Positions 45,261 to 55,680 are shown, counted from the first letter of the stretch. The stretch: DNA of 64,000 nt from Syntrophales bacterium (GCA_040767195.1 JAXGPA010000001.1:672001-736000), one strand, 5' to 3'. Numbers and translations are program-made. Notes: generated by a model from the sequence alone, not told the origin.

Positions 45261-46187
45261 CTAGGGACCGGTGGTCAGCGTGAAGGAGGCTTCGTAAAAC
45301 TCGGCACCGGGAGACCCGGCCGAAGCGCCGCTCCCTGTCACGGCGATCCCCCGGCTTTTCACCCCGAGGGAGCTCGGGCTTCCCCGGTAAATCCCCAGGC
45401 CCGCCCCTGCCGGTTCGAGGCTCACGTCGCCCAGGGGAACTTCGCTGGCATAGACGACGATCCGGTCCTCACCGAAGGGGGGGACCACTTCCAGCTGAAA
45501 GGCATCGCCCTCCCCGGGAATCCGGTAGATCTCGCCGGCCCGGAAAAACGCGTCTTTTCGATAGCCGTTGGGAAGAAGCTGAACGATATTTCCCGAGGCG
45601 TCCATATCGACGACCCGGGCATAAAAATCCCGGTTCCCCTGGAGAAAGATCTCGATCCGGTCCCCCTTGCTGTAGTGCTTCTTCGAAGACCAGACCCTGA
45701 CCTGGAGGGGAAGCCCCGGGTCCATGGCCGTCCCCGCCCCGGGGCGGCTGTCCTTCGGCTTCAGGCTGTATTCCACCTCCGCCCGGACCCACACGTGGTA
45801 GCGGCTGTTCTCCTCGATTCCCAGGTCCTTCTGCTCCAGGACCGTGACGGCCCCCTCGGCATCCGTCCAGATCAGGTCGTACTGAACCTCGAAATCCTTC
45901 ACCCGGGTCTTCGACGTGACGTAGGTCCGGGCCATCTCCAGGGCCTGCCGCTTCGCCGTGGCCAGAGCCGCCGCCCGGACCTGGGAAAGGGTCATGTCTT
46001 CGGAGAGATAGGCATACCCGTCCACCTCGTGGATGGAGGATCGCTTCTCCTCGTCGGGAGCAGCGGCAACCCCCCGGCCCTCCTGCCTGGAAGAGACGGC
46101 GGGAGCCGAAACCGTTCCGGCGGGGAGAATGAAAAGAAATAAAAGCCCATAGATCAGGGCACGACACAATGAGATGGATGGCTTCAT
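45261..46187 (-). CDS. Secreted protein with FlgT-N/LPP20-like N-domain and DUF4384-like C-domain
   Basis: Signal peptide; A.ATAKRQALE helix; Y..GD.I.I......D.Y..V.D.D..G....LLPN and PPFG.D pattern. Confidence 0.65.
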   Translation of the reverse strand: MKPSISLCRALIYGLLFLFILPAGTVSAPAVSSRQEGRGVAAAPDEEKRSSIHEVDGYAYLSEDMTLSQVRAAALATAKRQALEMARTYVTSKTRVKDFEVQYDLIWTDAEGAVTVLEQKDLGIEENSRYHVWVRAEVEYSLKPKDSRPGAGTAMDPGLPLQVRVWSSKKHYSKGDRIEIFLQGNRDFYARVVDMDASGNIVQLLPNGYRKDAFFRAGEIYRIPGEGDAFQLEVVPPFGEDRIVVYASEVPLGDVSLEPAGAGLGIYRGSPSSLGVKSRGIAVTGSGASAGSPGAEFYEASFTLTTGP

Positions 46188-46499
46188 GAAAGGCTCCTAT
46201 GAAAGGGGACGCGGCATCCCGTCCCGGTGTCGATGACCATCATACAGAAAAGACCGGCCCGGCGTCAATGGATCCCCGGCGGTTCAGGAAGTTCTTGCCC
46301 CCCTTCGAACCTCCTGTTGCTCATGCCGGAACTTCCCCTGCAAAAATACAGGGAGTATACCGGCGTTCACACCATGGTCCGAGACCCTTTTTAAACCCTG
46401 TCACAAAGGAAGATTTTAGGTACTGGACTCATTACGACGATCAGCAAGTGGCCTCTTTGCGGTGAATATCTGCTGGCTCCATTGCGGCAATCCGTAACA

Positions 46500-46697
46500 C
46501 ATAGCATGGGGACATTCCACCTTCCCACTCAGACGCGGTTTCCGGGGCTTGTACTTGATATAGAAATGCCGTATTCTCAAGTCTTTCTGATGACAGTAAA
46601 ACTTTATCTGGTACAGATGGCCATTATCCATACTGACTGTATGAATGGGGAATGGAAAATTTGAAACAACGTGGTCACTGAGTCTTACCGCAACGTC
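46500..46697 (-). pseudogene. IS481-family transposase (rve/DDE core) remnant
   Basis: Translates as DHVVSNFPFPIHTVSMDNGHLYQIKFYCHQKDLRIRHFYIK...PRLSGKVECPH, matching the recalled pattern FPFRIHTIRTDNGHEFQAKFHWH...GIRHVYIKP.TP.LNGKVERSH; upstream stop, no start or N-terminal HTH. Confidence 0.7.
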
Positions 46698-46806
46698 TTA
46701 GCGAAAAAGCAACATAAAAATGGAATGTCTTTAATCGGTCTTTAATCTTAGCCAATTGATCTCTGATATATTATCGACGTTATGGATATCGTCTCTTCTG
46801 GACGGA

Positions 46807-48027
46807 CTAAACAAAAATACTTGCTACTTCAAAAAGGATTTTTTTGAAGTAGTTGGCGGCGCCGATTTTCAATCCAGTGTGACAACAATGCGGTATATTC
46901 CATAATAAGACATAGGGTAATATCAGGATTATCGGCAGCTTAATGCGGGGCTTTAAATAGCCCATGTCCGCCAAAGCGAAGACCAATACAGACAAGAAAA
47001 ATATGTAAATATGGATCCATCTCCCCCAATCGACGGCAAAGACATACAGTGGCAACATAAAAAGAAGGGCTATTGTCGGAAAAGCATAGACATATTTCTC
47101 CGGAATATCGACACTTTTCAAAAAGTAAAAAGGGAGAAGGGATAGGATCAACGCGAATATGTAAGTGGCTAAATAATCATTTTGAAAAAAAATATTGGCG
47201 ACCCAAAGCATTCCGTCATAGCTGTTTTGTTCTAAGCAATTTATCGCCCCATCACAAATTTTTGAATCCAACCCGTTCGATACCAAATGATTGCAAATGG
47301 CAGAGGCTTTGCCTATTCCCAAAAAAATACTTGAAAAGATCAAGGCAATGCCGGCGAGAATAACAAATGATGCCGCCAAGACATACATCGGACGCGCCTC
47401 TATTATTTTCAAATAGAAAAACAGGATCGTCACAATAATAAAAAACGGAAGGACAAACACGGCAAGTTCATGTGAAAAAAGGGCAAATGCATAAAAAGCA
47501 AGAACCAAAAAAATACCATGTTGAGGAAGACGCCCCTTCAAAAGGTACAAGACGTAGATGAGAAAAGGGATATAAACGAGGATCTCCTTTCTGAATCCCC
47601 CTTGTATGTCGTAAAAGGGAAAAAGCAAGAAGGCCGGAGAAAGAAAGATCATCAATTCCACACGGGATCGGTCCGTCCTGAAAAAAATCACCACTACGAG
47701 GAAAAAGACGAGAAACAGAAGCAGAAACTGAAGGGTAAAGACGGTCCACAACAAGTCAAATCCTGATATATGGGACAGGAAAAGAGCGACTTCACCGAAA
47801 GCCCCCCTGCGGATAAAGCCTGAAGAATAGTTGATCAACCAGTCGCCTGTCTTCCAGGTATTACCGCCATGAGAGACCTCAAAAAAATACATCAAAACAG
47901 TGCAGGCCAATCCTATCGAAACAACGGAAGCCGCGAGAATCTTTGAAGCCGTGGTCACCTGGTCTTTTTCGACGACCCCCTTCATAGTCACAGTTACTTC
48001 AGCTTCTTTATGGTCTCTTTTTCTCAT
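46807..48027 (-). CDS. Multi-pass membrane protein (GT-C glycosyltransferase-like, function unknown)
   Basis: 406 aa, about 10 hydrophobic segments, GDWLINYSSGFIRRG, RKE, SHE and DWGRW motifs; AT-rich codons. Confidence 0.7.
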   Translation of the reverse strand: MRKRDHKEAEVTVTMKGVVEKDQVTTASKILAASVVSIGLACTVLMYFFEVSHGGNTWKTGDWLINYSSGFIRRGAFGEVALFLSHISGFDLLWTVFTLQFLLLFLVFFLVVVIFFRTDRSRVELMIFLSPAFLLFPFYDIQGGFRKEILVYIPFLIYVLYLLKGRLPQHGIFLVLAFYAFALFSHELAVFVLPFFIIVTILFFYLKIIEARPMYVLAASFVILAGIALIFSSIFLGIGKASAICNHLVSNGLDSKICDGAINCLEQNSYDGMLWVANIFFQNDYLATYIFALILSLLPFYFLKSVDIPEKYVYAFPTIALLFMLPLYVFAVDWGRWIHIYIFFLSVLVFALADMGYLKPRIKLPIILILPYVLLWNIPHCCHTGLKIGAANYFKKILFEVASIFV

Positions 48028-48242
48028 GGTCTCTTTTAACTTTGATTTTCCTCCAGAAATCTTTTTGGTAATCCCACCGGATGAGAATCGTCACAAACGT
48101 TCCTGTTAACATCTAAACTTGGGAACCGTACTTTCATTTCATCATTTATTCAGTTGCGCTCGATATTTCAATATCAAAATACTTTAATCCTAAAACACCT
48201 ATCTTTTCTAACTTAATGATATTTTGCTGTTTATTCTTCGTC

Positions 48243-48273
48243 GGGTGGGTTCGATTGCCATGCTGTTCCGCCA
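48243..48273 (+). other. 3' fragment of a tRNA-Sec-like gene (att-site-like scar)
   Basis: GTGGG-TTCGATT-GCCAT T-arm, 8-nt acceptor strand GCTGTTCC, G discriminator, CCA; no 5' half upstream. Confidence 0.6.
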
Positions 48274-48473
48274 TTTTTTCCTGTAATCCAATATTTCTCA
48301 ATAGAATGCTTTAACAAAACTTTTGGATATGAGACACAGCGGTCAACTAACAGTTTAAGCTTAACCGGGCTAACGAAGGAAGCTGCGGAAAAAGGATCAG
48401 GGCGATATGTTGTACGGGATGAGGGGCTCTTTTCAGGCCAGCCAATGACGTTGAGTAATAGGGCCCCCCTGTT

Positions 48474-50663
48474 TCACCGATCCCGGGCCAGCCGGAAGCC
48501 CGTTCCGTTGTTGTTCATGTCGGGGACAAGGCAGTAGCGGTTCGCCGAGCGGACGCTTGCCGGCATGGATTCCCAGGATCCGCCCCGGAGGACCCGGGAC
48601 ATCCCCGAGGCAGGACCCCGGGGGTCGATCTGGGCGAATGTCGTATAGGGGGCGCACCAGTCCTGGCTCCACTCCCAGGCATTTCCGAGCATGTCGTAAA
48701 GTCCGTAGGCATTGGGGCTGTATGAGCCCACCGGGGCGGTGAAGGCATGCCCGTCGTCACACTCGACCACGGTCCACCCTGTGAAAACGCGCCGCGCCGA
48801 CTGGTCGGCCATGTTGGCATGTCGGCAGGAAGCGAAAATGTCCTCCCCCCAGTAGCGGCTCGTCACCGTGCCGGCCCGGCACGCGTATTCCCACTCCGCC
48901 TCCGTGGGAAGACGGTATTTCGACGTTCCTTCCCGACCGTTGAGCCAGCGGATAAAGGCCTGGGCGTCATTCCACGAAATACAGGTAACGGGGTGAAGGT
49001 CCGTCTGGGCGAATCCGGGGTTATCCCAGTAGACACCGGGCCTCCGGTTCCACTGGCCCCCGTCGATGAACCACGTCCCCCCGTTTCTTTCCGCCTCGGT
49101 CCGGTATCCCGTTTCCGCGGCAAAGGCCCGCCACTGCCCGACGGTCACCTCCGTGGACTGAACGTAAAACGACGTGGAAATCCTTACCTCGTGAGGCGAT
49201 TCATGTTCCGTCCTCCCCCACTCGTAAAGGGGGCTTCCCATGGAATACGTACCCGAGGAGAGAAGAACGAAGTCCATGCCGAAAGAATTGGTGTAGGATC
49301 TTCCGCCGGCAATCCCTCCCGGTTTAAAGAAGGATTCCGCTTCCCCTGTTTTTTCCAGGGTGATGTCCACGTACCGGTCTTCACCCGCCGCCAGGTCGAC
49401 CCATTCCGTCCGGGTTTCATATCCCGGCGCCGAAACTTCGAGGTGGTAAGGTCCCCCATCGAGGTCCATGCCCCTCTCGTACGGGGGCTTGATATTGAGA
49501 ATGCGGATACGGGCGTCGCCCGGTTTTGCATCCACGAACAAGCGGGATTTCCGGGGTTCTTCAGGGGACAGGAAGACGGAACGGGCCAGGCTTCTGCCTG
49601 TTTCAAGAACCACCGTCTTCTCGTAGGGCTTGAACCCCTCTTTTTCCACCCGCAGCCGGTACCTGCCCGGCTCGATTTCCCTGTTTTTCAGAGGTGTCCT
49701 GCCGATCTCCCCCCCGTCGAGGAGGACCCGGGCCCCGGACAGGTTGGCGTCCACGGAAAGAGAGGCCTTTTCCCGGCCATCCGTCCCCGCCGGTCCCGGC
49801 ACATCCGCCGCGCCGCCCGCCAGGGTGAAGATGAAATCGCCCTTGTCGAGGCGGGGGTCCCGGATCTTGCCGTACTGGGGATGCTGGCTTCCCCTGGAAT
49901 AGTTGATCACCGCGCTGTCGAGATACATGCCCAGCTCCGAGGCCGTGACATACCCGTCCCCGTTGAAATCGGCCTCCCCCTGGATACCGTCGACAAAACA
50001 CCGCCGGAAGACGCTTTCGTCGGGAACCTGCTCATCCTCGTTTCCCGCCGTGATGAACTGGCGGACGTCCCGGGCGCTCTTCTCGGAAATGTCCGTCGGG
50101 GCGCTTCTCACGGAGCTGAACACGGTGCCGGAAAAACAGGAGTCGAAGACCATGAGGACATGCTTCGACTGGATCCTCAGGGCGTAGGTCTCAAGCTGGT
50201 TCATGCTCACGGCGCTGTTCACGAAACCGACGTGGTCCCGCGAGGGAAGGGGGGCGTCCCTCGGGACGATGTAGCCGAGCTTCTCGCCGTTTGCCAGGGT
50301 TTCCGTCTCCCCGTGACCGGAAAAGTAAATCAGGATGGCCCGGTCCTTCTCCCGGGCGGGTCCGTAAACGAGGCGGTCCAAAGCAGCCTTGAGCTCTCCC
50401 GAAGCGGGATTCAGGAGGGTCGTCACGACCATCCCCATGCTCTTCAGGGAGCGGCTCACCTCTTCGGCATCCCGGACGGCTCCGGGAAGGTCGGGCCAGA
50501 AATCGTAGTCCCCGACACCGATGACCAGCGCGTGATAGTCCCTGTAGAGCCTGATTTCCCCGCCGTCGGGGCTTTTCACGGTGATCGCCCCCTCCAAAAG
50601 ACCGGGAAGAAGAACAAAGATAAAGACAGGCAGGATAATGAGAATGGTAAGCCTTTTTTTCAC
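48474..50663 (-). CDS. Secreted caspase-family (C14) peptidase with PEGA and FGE-sulfatase (SUMF1) domains
   Basis: Signal peptide; ALVIGV.DY, FSGHG and FDSCFSG dyad; PEGA (GARVLLDG..IG.TP); FGE motifs RLPTEAEWEYACRAG, GLYDMLGNAWEW, RVLRGGSW, GFRL. Confidence 0.88.
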   Translation of the reverse strand: MKKRLTILIILPVFIFVLLPGLLEGAITVKSPDGGEIRLYRDYHALVIGVGDYDFWPDLPGAVRDAEEVSRSLKSMGMVVTTLLNPASGELKAALDRLVYGPAREKDRAILIYFSGHGETETLANGEKLGYIVPRDAPLPSRDHVGFVNSAVSMNQLETYALRIQSKHVLMVFDSCFSGTVFSSVRSAPTDISEKSARDVRQFITAGNEDEQVPDESVFRRCFVDGIQGEADFNGDGYVTASELGMYLDSAVINYSRGSQHPQYGKIRDPRLDKGDFIFTLAGGAADVPGPAGTDGREKASLSVDANLSGARVLLDGGEIGRTPLKNREIEPGRYRLRVEKEGFKPYEKTVVLETGRSLARSVFLSPEEPRKSRLFVDAKPGDARIRILNIKPPYERGMDLDGGPYHLEVSAPGYETRTEWVDLAAGEDRYVDITLEKTGEAESFFKPGGIAGGRSYTNSFGMDFVLLSSGTYSMGSPLYEWGRTEHESPHEVRISTSFYVQSTEVTVGQWRAFAAETGYRTEAERNGGTWFIDGGQWNRRPGVYWDNPGFAQTDLHPVTCISWNDAQAFIRWLNGREGTSKYRLPTEAEWEYACRAGTVTSRYWGEDIFASCRHANMADQSARRVFTGWTVVECDDGHAFTAPVGSYSPNAYGLYDMLGNAWEWSQDWCAPYTTFAQIDPRGPASGMSRVLRGGSWESMPASVRSANRYCLVPDMNNNGTGFRLARDR

Positions 50664-50700
50664 GTTAGAACCCTCTGAATCCGACTTTCAGGAGGCAGCA

Positions 50701-51135
50701 TCACGGCGGTACCCATTGCTCGGGCAACCCATGGGAAAGGTCATGGGATATCTTCTCGCCTCTCAAGCGCCCATGGGCCTTCCCGTCAAAGGTCAGCCAG
50801 AGCCCGCCCAGTTCCCGGGCCAGCGCTGCGTAACAGGCATCATAGCCGGTGAGTCCTCTTTCCAAAAACAGCATGGTACCCCGGACAAGGTTCTCCGTCA
50901 TGGGCTGCCTGAGAATCCCGCTGTTCAGAATCGGCAAGACACCCTCCAGAAAGACATCGGGTCCTGAAGGGTGGACCCGGCAAAGAACGGAAAATACCTC
51001 AAAAGAAAAAAGCTCCGGCACGGCAAATCGGGTCGGGTTTTTCACCATTTCGGCGAGGACCTCTTCCGCCGCGGGGTGATATTCTTCATCCAGAAACCAC
51101 CGGACGGCCACGGAAGCATCCACGACCCACATCAC
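50701..51135 (-). CDS. vapC: PIN-domain toxin VapC
   Basis: VVDASVAVRWF, YDACY.ALA, LTFD; start overlaps the antitoxin stop. Confidence 0.88.
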   Translation of the reverse strand: MMWVVDASVAVRWFLDEEYHPAAEEVLAEMVKNPTRFAVPELFSFEVFSVLCRVHPSGPDVFLEGVLPILNSGILRQPMTENLVRGTMLFLERGLTGYDACYAALARELGGLWLTFDGKAHGRLRGEKISHDLSHGLPEQWVPP

Positions 51136-51404
51136 TTTTCGTAACCTCTCAGCTCCCTGAGGATATCGAGGCTCGTTTCCCGATCTTTTCGCCCGGCCTT
51201 CAATCCCCGGATGGTCGCAAGGAGAGCCTTTTTCTTCTCATCAGCCTGAAAATCCACGAACCTTTTTTCAAACTGCTCCGCCGTAATCAGAGCTGCCCGG
51301 ATTTTCCCGCCTTTGGTGACAAGAATCGGTTCACCCGTCTCATCGAGGGTATCGAGTACTTCTCCAAGCCTGTTCCTCAGTTTTAAAGCATTAACTGTTT
51401 TCAT
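51132..51404 (-). CDS. Phd/YefM family antitoxin
   Basis: MKTVNALKLRNRLGEVLD......EPILVTKGG...AALI. Confidence 0.85.
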   Translation of the reverse strand: MKTVNALKLRNRLGEVLDTLDETGEPILVTKGGKIRAALITAEQFEKRFVDFQADEKKKALLATIRGLKAGRKDRETSLDILRELRGYEK

Positions 51405-51430
51405 CACCCGCCAATCCCGCATTTTTATCG

Positions 51431-51459
51431 ACAATAAAACAAAGAAACATCAATGTCAA
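51431..51459 (-). promoter_or_regulatory. Sigma70 promoter of the TA operon
   Basis: TTGACA-N17-TATTGT on the minus strand; short palindromes near the -10 and at 51468-51479. Confidence 0.65.
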
Positions 51460-51487
51460 GTGTAGAGGTGTATATACACATCTTCAT

Positions 51488-53380
51488 TCACTCTTTCGAT
51501 TCATCCTGTGCCGCCACCCGGTCCAGCAATTCCCGGATCATAAGGGCCCGCCTCGGTCCGATGCCGGCCGTGGCGGCCAGGTCTTCCGTCCGGGCCCGGC
51601 GAATCCCATCAAGGCTTCCAAACCGGGAAAGAAGCTCTCTTTTCCGGGCGGGGCCGATGCCCGGAAGCGATTCGAGGGGGGATTCGAAAGCCGTCCGGTC
51701 CCGCATTTTCCGGTGGCCGGCCAGGGCGAATCGGTGGGCCTCGTCCCGGACCCGCTGGAGAAGGTGCAGAAGGACCGGAACCCGGGTGAGGTACAGGGGG
51801 TTCTTTCTTCCCGGCAGATAGACCCGGTCCGACTCCCGGGAGACCTTCCCGGATACCCCGGTGTCCTCGTCGCCCCGCTCGTCGTCCCCGGGCCTTTTTT
51901 TTGCGAGGCCGATAACGTCGACACCGGTGATCTTCATATCCTTCAGGACGGACAGGGCCACGGCGAGCTGTCCCTTGCCCCCGTCCATGACGATCATGTC
52001 CGGAGCGCTCCCGGCGGGGTCCGAAAACCGGCGCCGGAGAACCTCGGCCATCATGGCGAAATCGTCCGACCCCGAAACGTCCCGGATCCGGTAACGCCTG
52101 TATCCCCCACGATCGGGGCGGCCGTCCAGAAAGGTCACCCGGGACCCGGTGGCATGGTCTCCCCCGACATTGGAAATGTCGTAACACTCGATTCGGCGGG
52201 GCACATTCTTCAGATGGAGATTTTCCTGGAGAAGGGACAGGACCGTCTCGTCGGACAGGTCGGATTTCAGGTCGGCCCGGTAAAAATTTTCCGCGTTCCG
52301 TCCGGCCATACTCAAGAGGCCCGCCCCTTCCCCGCGCCGGGGCAGCCGGATGCTCACGGTCCCGCCCTTTTTTTCCCCGAGCCACTCCTCCATGGCCCTG
52401 CGGTCCTCGATGTCCACGGGGATGAGGATTTCCCTGGGCAGGGAGATTTCCCGGTCGTAGTACTGTTTCATCACGGCGGAAAGAATTTCCCCGGAATCGG
52501 CCCGGCTTTTGAGAGGGGTGAAGGGCATCTGACCCTGGATGCGGCCCCCGCGGGCGAACAGGACGGACACCTGGACCCGGTCGCCGGCGCGGTAAAGCCC
52601 GAAAACGTCCCGGTCCTTCCCGGTGAAGGAAAAAACTTTCTGCTTCTCCAGGGTCGCCTCGAGAGCAACGATGCGGTCCCGGAGGCGAGCGGCGTCTTCA
52701 AAGCGCATCTCCCGTGACAGGCGGGCCATCCGCGTCCGGAGGGCGGAAAGAAGCCCCCGGCCCCTCCCCTCGAGGAAGGAAACGGCTTCCCGGACCACGT
52801 CCCCGTAGTCCTCCTTTCCCACCAGGCCCAGGCACGGCCCGAGACAGCGTTTCAACTCGAACTCGATGCACGGGCGGATCCGGGTCTTCAGCTCCAGGTC
52901 CCCGCAGGTCCGGAGAGGGAAAACGGGCTGAAGGACCCGCAGGGCTTCACGGACGGCGGCGCTGGAAGCATAGGGCCCGAAATACCGGGCCCGGTCCTTT
53001 TTCACCTTTCGGACAAGCTGGAACCGGGGGAAATCCTCCCCGGGGTCGATGCGGATGGTAAAGTAATTCTTGTCGTCCCGGAGGTTGACGTTGTAGCGGG
53101 GCCGATGCTCCTTGATGAGGGTGTTCTCCAGGATGAGAGCCTCCTTCTCCGTTTCCGTTACGATGAACGCCACCTGGTCCACCCGCCGGAGGAGATAGGG
53201 AATCATGGCCCTCCCGTCGGTCTTCCCGGCGTAGGAACGGATGCGGGCCCTCAGGTTCACCGCCTTCCCCACGTACAGGACACGGCCCTCGGCATCCTTC
53301 ATGAGGTAGACGCCCGTTGCTGGCGGGGCCTTTTCCCGGGCCTCCTCTAAGGGGTTCCGTCGGCATTCCACGACTGCCAC
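51488..53380 (-). CDS. uvrC: Excinuclease ABC subunit C
   Basis: GIY-YIG (GVYLM...LYVGKA), [27 protein letters not shown], HhH. Confidence 0.96.
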   Translation of the reverse strand: MAVVECRRNPLEEAREKAPPATGVYLMKDAEGRVLYVGKAVNLRARIRSYAGKTDGRAMIPYLLRRVDQVAFIVTETEKEALILENTLIKEHRPRYNVNLRDDKNYFTIRIDPGEDFPRFQLVRKVKKDRARYFGPYASSAAVREALRVLQPVFPLRTCGDLELKTRIRPCIEFELKRCLGPCLGLVGKEDYGDVVREAVSFLEGRGRGLLSALRTRMARLSREMRFEDAARLRDRIVALEATLEKQKVFSFTGKDRDVFGLYRAGDRVQVSVLFARGGRIQGQMPFTPLKSRADSGEILSAVMKQYYDREISLPREILIPVDIEDRRAMEEWLGEKKGGTVSIRLPRRGEGAGLLSMAGRNAENFYRADLKSDLSDETVLSLLQENLHLKNVPRRIECYDISNVGGDHATGSRVTFLDGRPDRGGYRRYRIRDVSGSDDFAMMAEVLRRRFSDPAGSAPDMIVMDGGKGQLAVALSVLKDMKITGVDVIGLAKKRPGDDERGDEDTGVSGKVSRESDRVYLPGRKNPLYLTRVPVLLHLLQRVRDEAHRFALAGHRKMRDRTAFESPLESLPGIGPARKRELLSRFGSLDGIRRARTEDLAATAGIGPRRALMIRELLDRVAAQDESKE

Positions 53381-55380
53381 TCCATTTCGAATTTCGAAAG
53401 TTCCCGGATACGGTCCCGCAGGACGGCGGCCCGCTCGAATTCGAGGTTTTTCGCCGCCCCTTTCATTTCCTTCGTCAGCTGGCTGATAACCCCCCGGATC
53501 TCCCGGACGGACCGGAAGGACTCCCGGTCCTCCGCCACCGCCGCCGGGACGGTGACATAGTCGGATTCGTAGATCGAGGACAAGATGTTATCCAGGGACT
53601 TTCGGATCGTCGTCGGGGTGATGCCGTGCCGGTCGTTGTAGGTCTCCTGTATCTCCCGGCGGCGCCTGGTTTCCTCTACGCAGGCCTGGATGGACCGGGT
53701 CAGGGTGTCCGCGTAGAGGATCACCTGGCCGTTCACATTCCGTGCCGCCCGCCCGATGGTCTGAATGAGAGACCGCTCGGACCGGAGAAAACCCTCCCTG
53801 TCGGCATCCAGGATGGCCACGAGGGACACCTCGGGGATGTCGAGGCCTTCCCTGAGGAGGTTCACCCCCACGAGGACGTCGAATTCCCCCCGGCGCAGGG
53901 CGCTCAGGATGCTCACCCGCTCGAGGGTTTCGATGTCCGAGTGGAGGTAGCGCACCCGGATCCCCAGGTCGAGATAATACTCGGTGAGATTTTCCGCCAT
54001 CCTTTTCGTCAGGGTCGTCACGAGGACCCGTTCGTCCCGATCCACCCGTTTCCGGATTTCCCCCACCAGATCGTCCACCTGGTGGCGGGCCGGCTTGATC
54101 CGGATTTCCGGGTCCATGAGTCCCGTGGGACGGATGATCTGCTCCACCACCCGGGGCCCGGACCGCTCCAGCTCGTAAGTTGCCGGCGTGGCGGACACGT
54201 AGATTCGTTGAAAGGGGTAAGCCTCGAACTCGTCGAACCGCAGGGGCCGGTTGTCCAGGGCGGAAGGCAGGCGGAAGCCGTATTCGACCAGGGTTTCCTT
54301 CCGGGACCGGTCCCCCCGGAACATCCCCGTGAGCTGGGGAAGGGTCACGTGGCTCTCGTCAATGAAAAGAAGGGTTTCCGGGGACAGGTAATCCATAAGC
54401 GTGGGCGGGGGCTCCCCGGGGCGGCGTCCCGTGATGTGCCTCGAGTAGTTCTCGATGCCCTGGCAGTACCCCATCTCCCGGAGCATTTCCAGGTCGAACC
54501 GGGTGCGCTGTTCCAGGCGCTGGGCTTCGAGCCCTTTTTTCTGTCCCTCGAGGACCTTCAGGCGGTCCTCCAGTTCTCCCTCGATGTCCCTGGCCGCCCG
54601 CTTCAGGTTCTCTTCCGTGGTCACGTAGTGGCTCCCGGGATAGACGTCGATCCGCTTCAGGTCCCTGATCCTGTGCCCCCGGAGAGGATCCATGAGGGAA
54701 AGGCGCTCGATGACATCCCCGAAAAATTCCACCCGGATCACCCGCTCGTCCTCGTAGGGAGGGAAGATCTCCACCAGGTCCCCCCGGACCCGGAAGGTTC
54801 CCCGGTGAAAGTCGATGTCGTTCCGGTCGTACTGGATGCCCACGAGATTCCGGAGGAGTTCGTTCCGGTCCACCTCCAGGCCCGTCTCCAGAGAGACCTT
54901 CAGCGTCGAATAGTCTTCCGGCGCTCCGATGCCGTATATGCAGGACACGCTCGCCACGATGATCACGTCCCTCCGTTCGAAGAGAGACCGGGTGGCCGAG
55001 TGCCGGAGCTTGTCGATGTCCTCGTTGATGGACGAGTCCTTCTCGATGTAGGTGTCCGTGGCGGGCAGATAGGCCTCCGGCTGGTAGTAATCGTAATAAC
55101 TCACGAAATACTCTACGGCATGGTCGGGGAAAAGCATTCTGAACTCGTTGTACAGCTGGGCCGCCAGGGTCTTGTTGTGGGCGATGACCAGGGCGGGACG
55201 GTTTGTCCGGGCGATAACGTGGGCCATGGTGAAGGTTTTCCCGGAACCTGTGACGCCGACAAGAACCTGGTCCCGGTAATTTTTCAGCACACCCCCGGCC
55301 AGGCGCTCGATGGCCTGGGGCTGATCCCCCCGGGGCTCGAAATCACTCACCAGATGAAACAGCCTTTCGCGATCCGTCAT
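53347..55380 (-). CDS. uvrB: Excinuclease ABC subunit B
   Basis: [36 protein letters not shown]. Confidence 0.98.
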   Translation of the reverse strand: MTDRERLFHLVSDFEPRGDQPQAIERLAGGVLKNYRDQVLVGVTGSGKTFTMAHVIARTNRPALVIAHNKTLAAQLYNEFRMLFPDHAVEYFVSYYDYYQPEAYLPATDTYIEKDSSINEDIDKLRHSATRSLFERRDVIIVASVSCIYGIGAPEDYSTLKVSLETGLEVDRNELLRNLVGIQYDRNDIDFHRGTFRVRGDLVEIFPPYEDERVIRVEFFGDVIERLSLMDPLRGHRIRDLKRIDVYPGSHYVTTEENLKRAARDIEGELEDRLKVLEGQKKGLEAQRLEQRTRFDLEMLREMGYCQGIENYSRHITGRRPGEPPPTLMDYLSPETLLFIDESHVTLPQLTGMFRGDRSRKETLVEYGFRLPSALDNRPLRFDEFEAYPFQRIYVSATPATYELERSGPRVVEQIIRPTGLMDPEIRIKPARHQVDDLVGEIRKRVDRDERVLVTTLTKRMAENLTEYYLDLGIRVRYLHSDIETLERVSILSALRRGEFDVLVGVNLLREGLDIPEVSLVAILDADREGFLRSERSLIQTIGRAARNVNGQVILYADTLTRSIQACVEETRRRREIQETYNDRHGITPTTIRKSLDNILSSIYESDYVTVPAAVAEDRESFRSVREIRGVISQLTKEMKGAAKNLEFERAAVLRDRIRELSKFEMEWQSWNADGTP

Positions 55381-55542
55381 GGCCTGCCCAAACCCTTTCC
55401 CGACCCTTTACTCTTAACAAAATATGCACAAAAATCCCACCGGGCAAGTGGCGCGGGCAGGGACGATGGTGAGTTTCGTCTTGACAACCAAGGACTTCTG
55501 TGATCTAAAAGCGAGTTCATAGATTTCAACTGGAGCAGGCCG

Positions 55543-55680
55543 ATGAAAAAAAATCTCACCAACACGACCAACTTGAAAAGAAAGCGGGACCACGGGTTTC
55601 GCGCCAGAATGGCCACCAAGGGCGGGAGGCTCGTCCTGAAACGGAGAAGGGCCAAGGGGCGGAAGAGACTCGTCGTTTAG
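55543..55680 (+). CDS. rpmH: 50S ribosomal protein L34 (not in the ORF track)
   Basis: [52 protein letters not shown]; upstream of rnpA. Confidence 0.95.
   Translation: MKKNLTNTTNLKRKRDHGFRARMATKGGRLVLKRRRAKGRKRLVV

Larger units (their letters stand above)
46385..48460. mobile_element. AT-rich foreign islet (approximate limits)
   Basis: Abrupt drop in GC content visible by eye; contains an IS remnant, a tRNA 3' fragment and one membrane-protein gene. Confidence 0.65.

Noticed and set aside
48474..48620. FGE/C-type-lectin C-terminus with AAC-AAC-AAC codons as a diversity-generating retroelement target
   Set aside because: No reverse transcriptase and no template-repeat copy seen in this window; a remote DGR cannot be excluded without a genome-wide search
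53317..55503. 728-aa plus-strand ORF (and similar long antisense ORFs over caspase, dxs, dnaG, xseA/ispA)
   Set aside because: Shadow ORFs opposite well-supported genes
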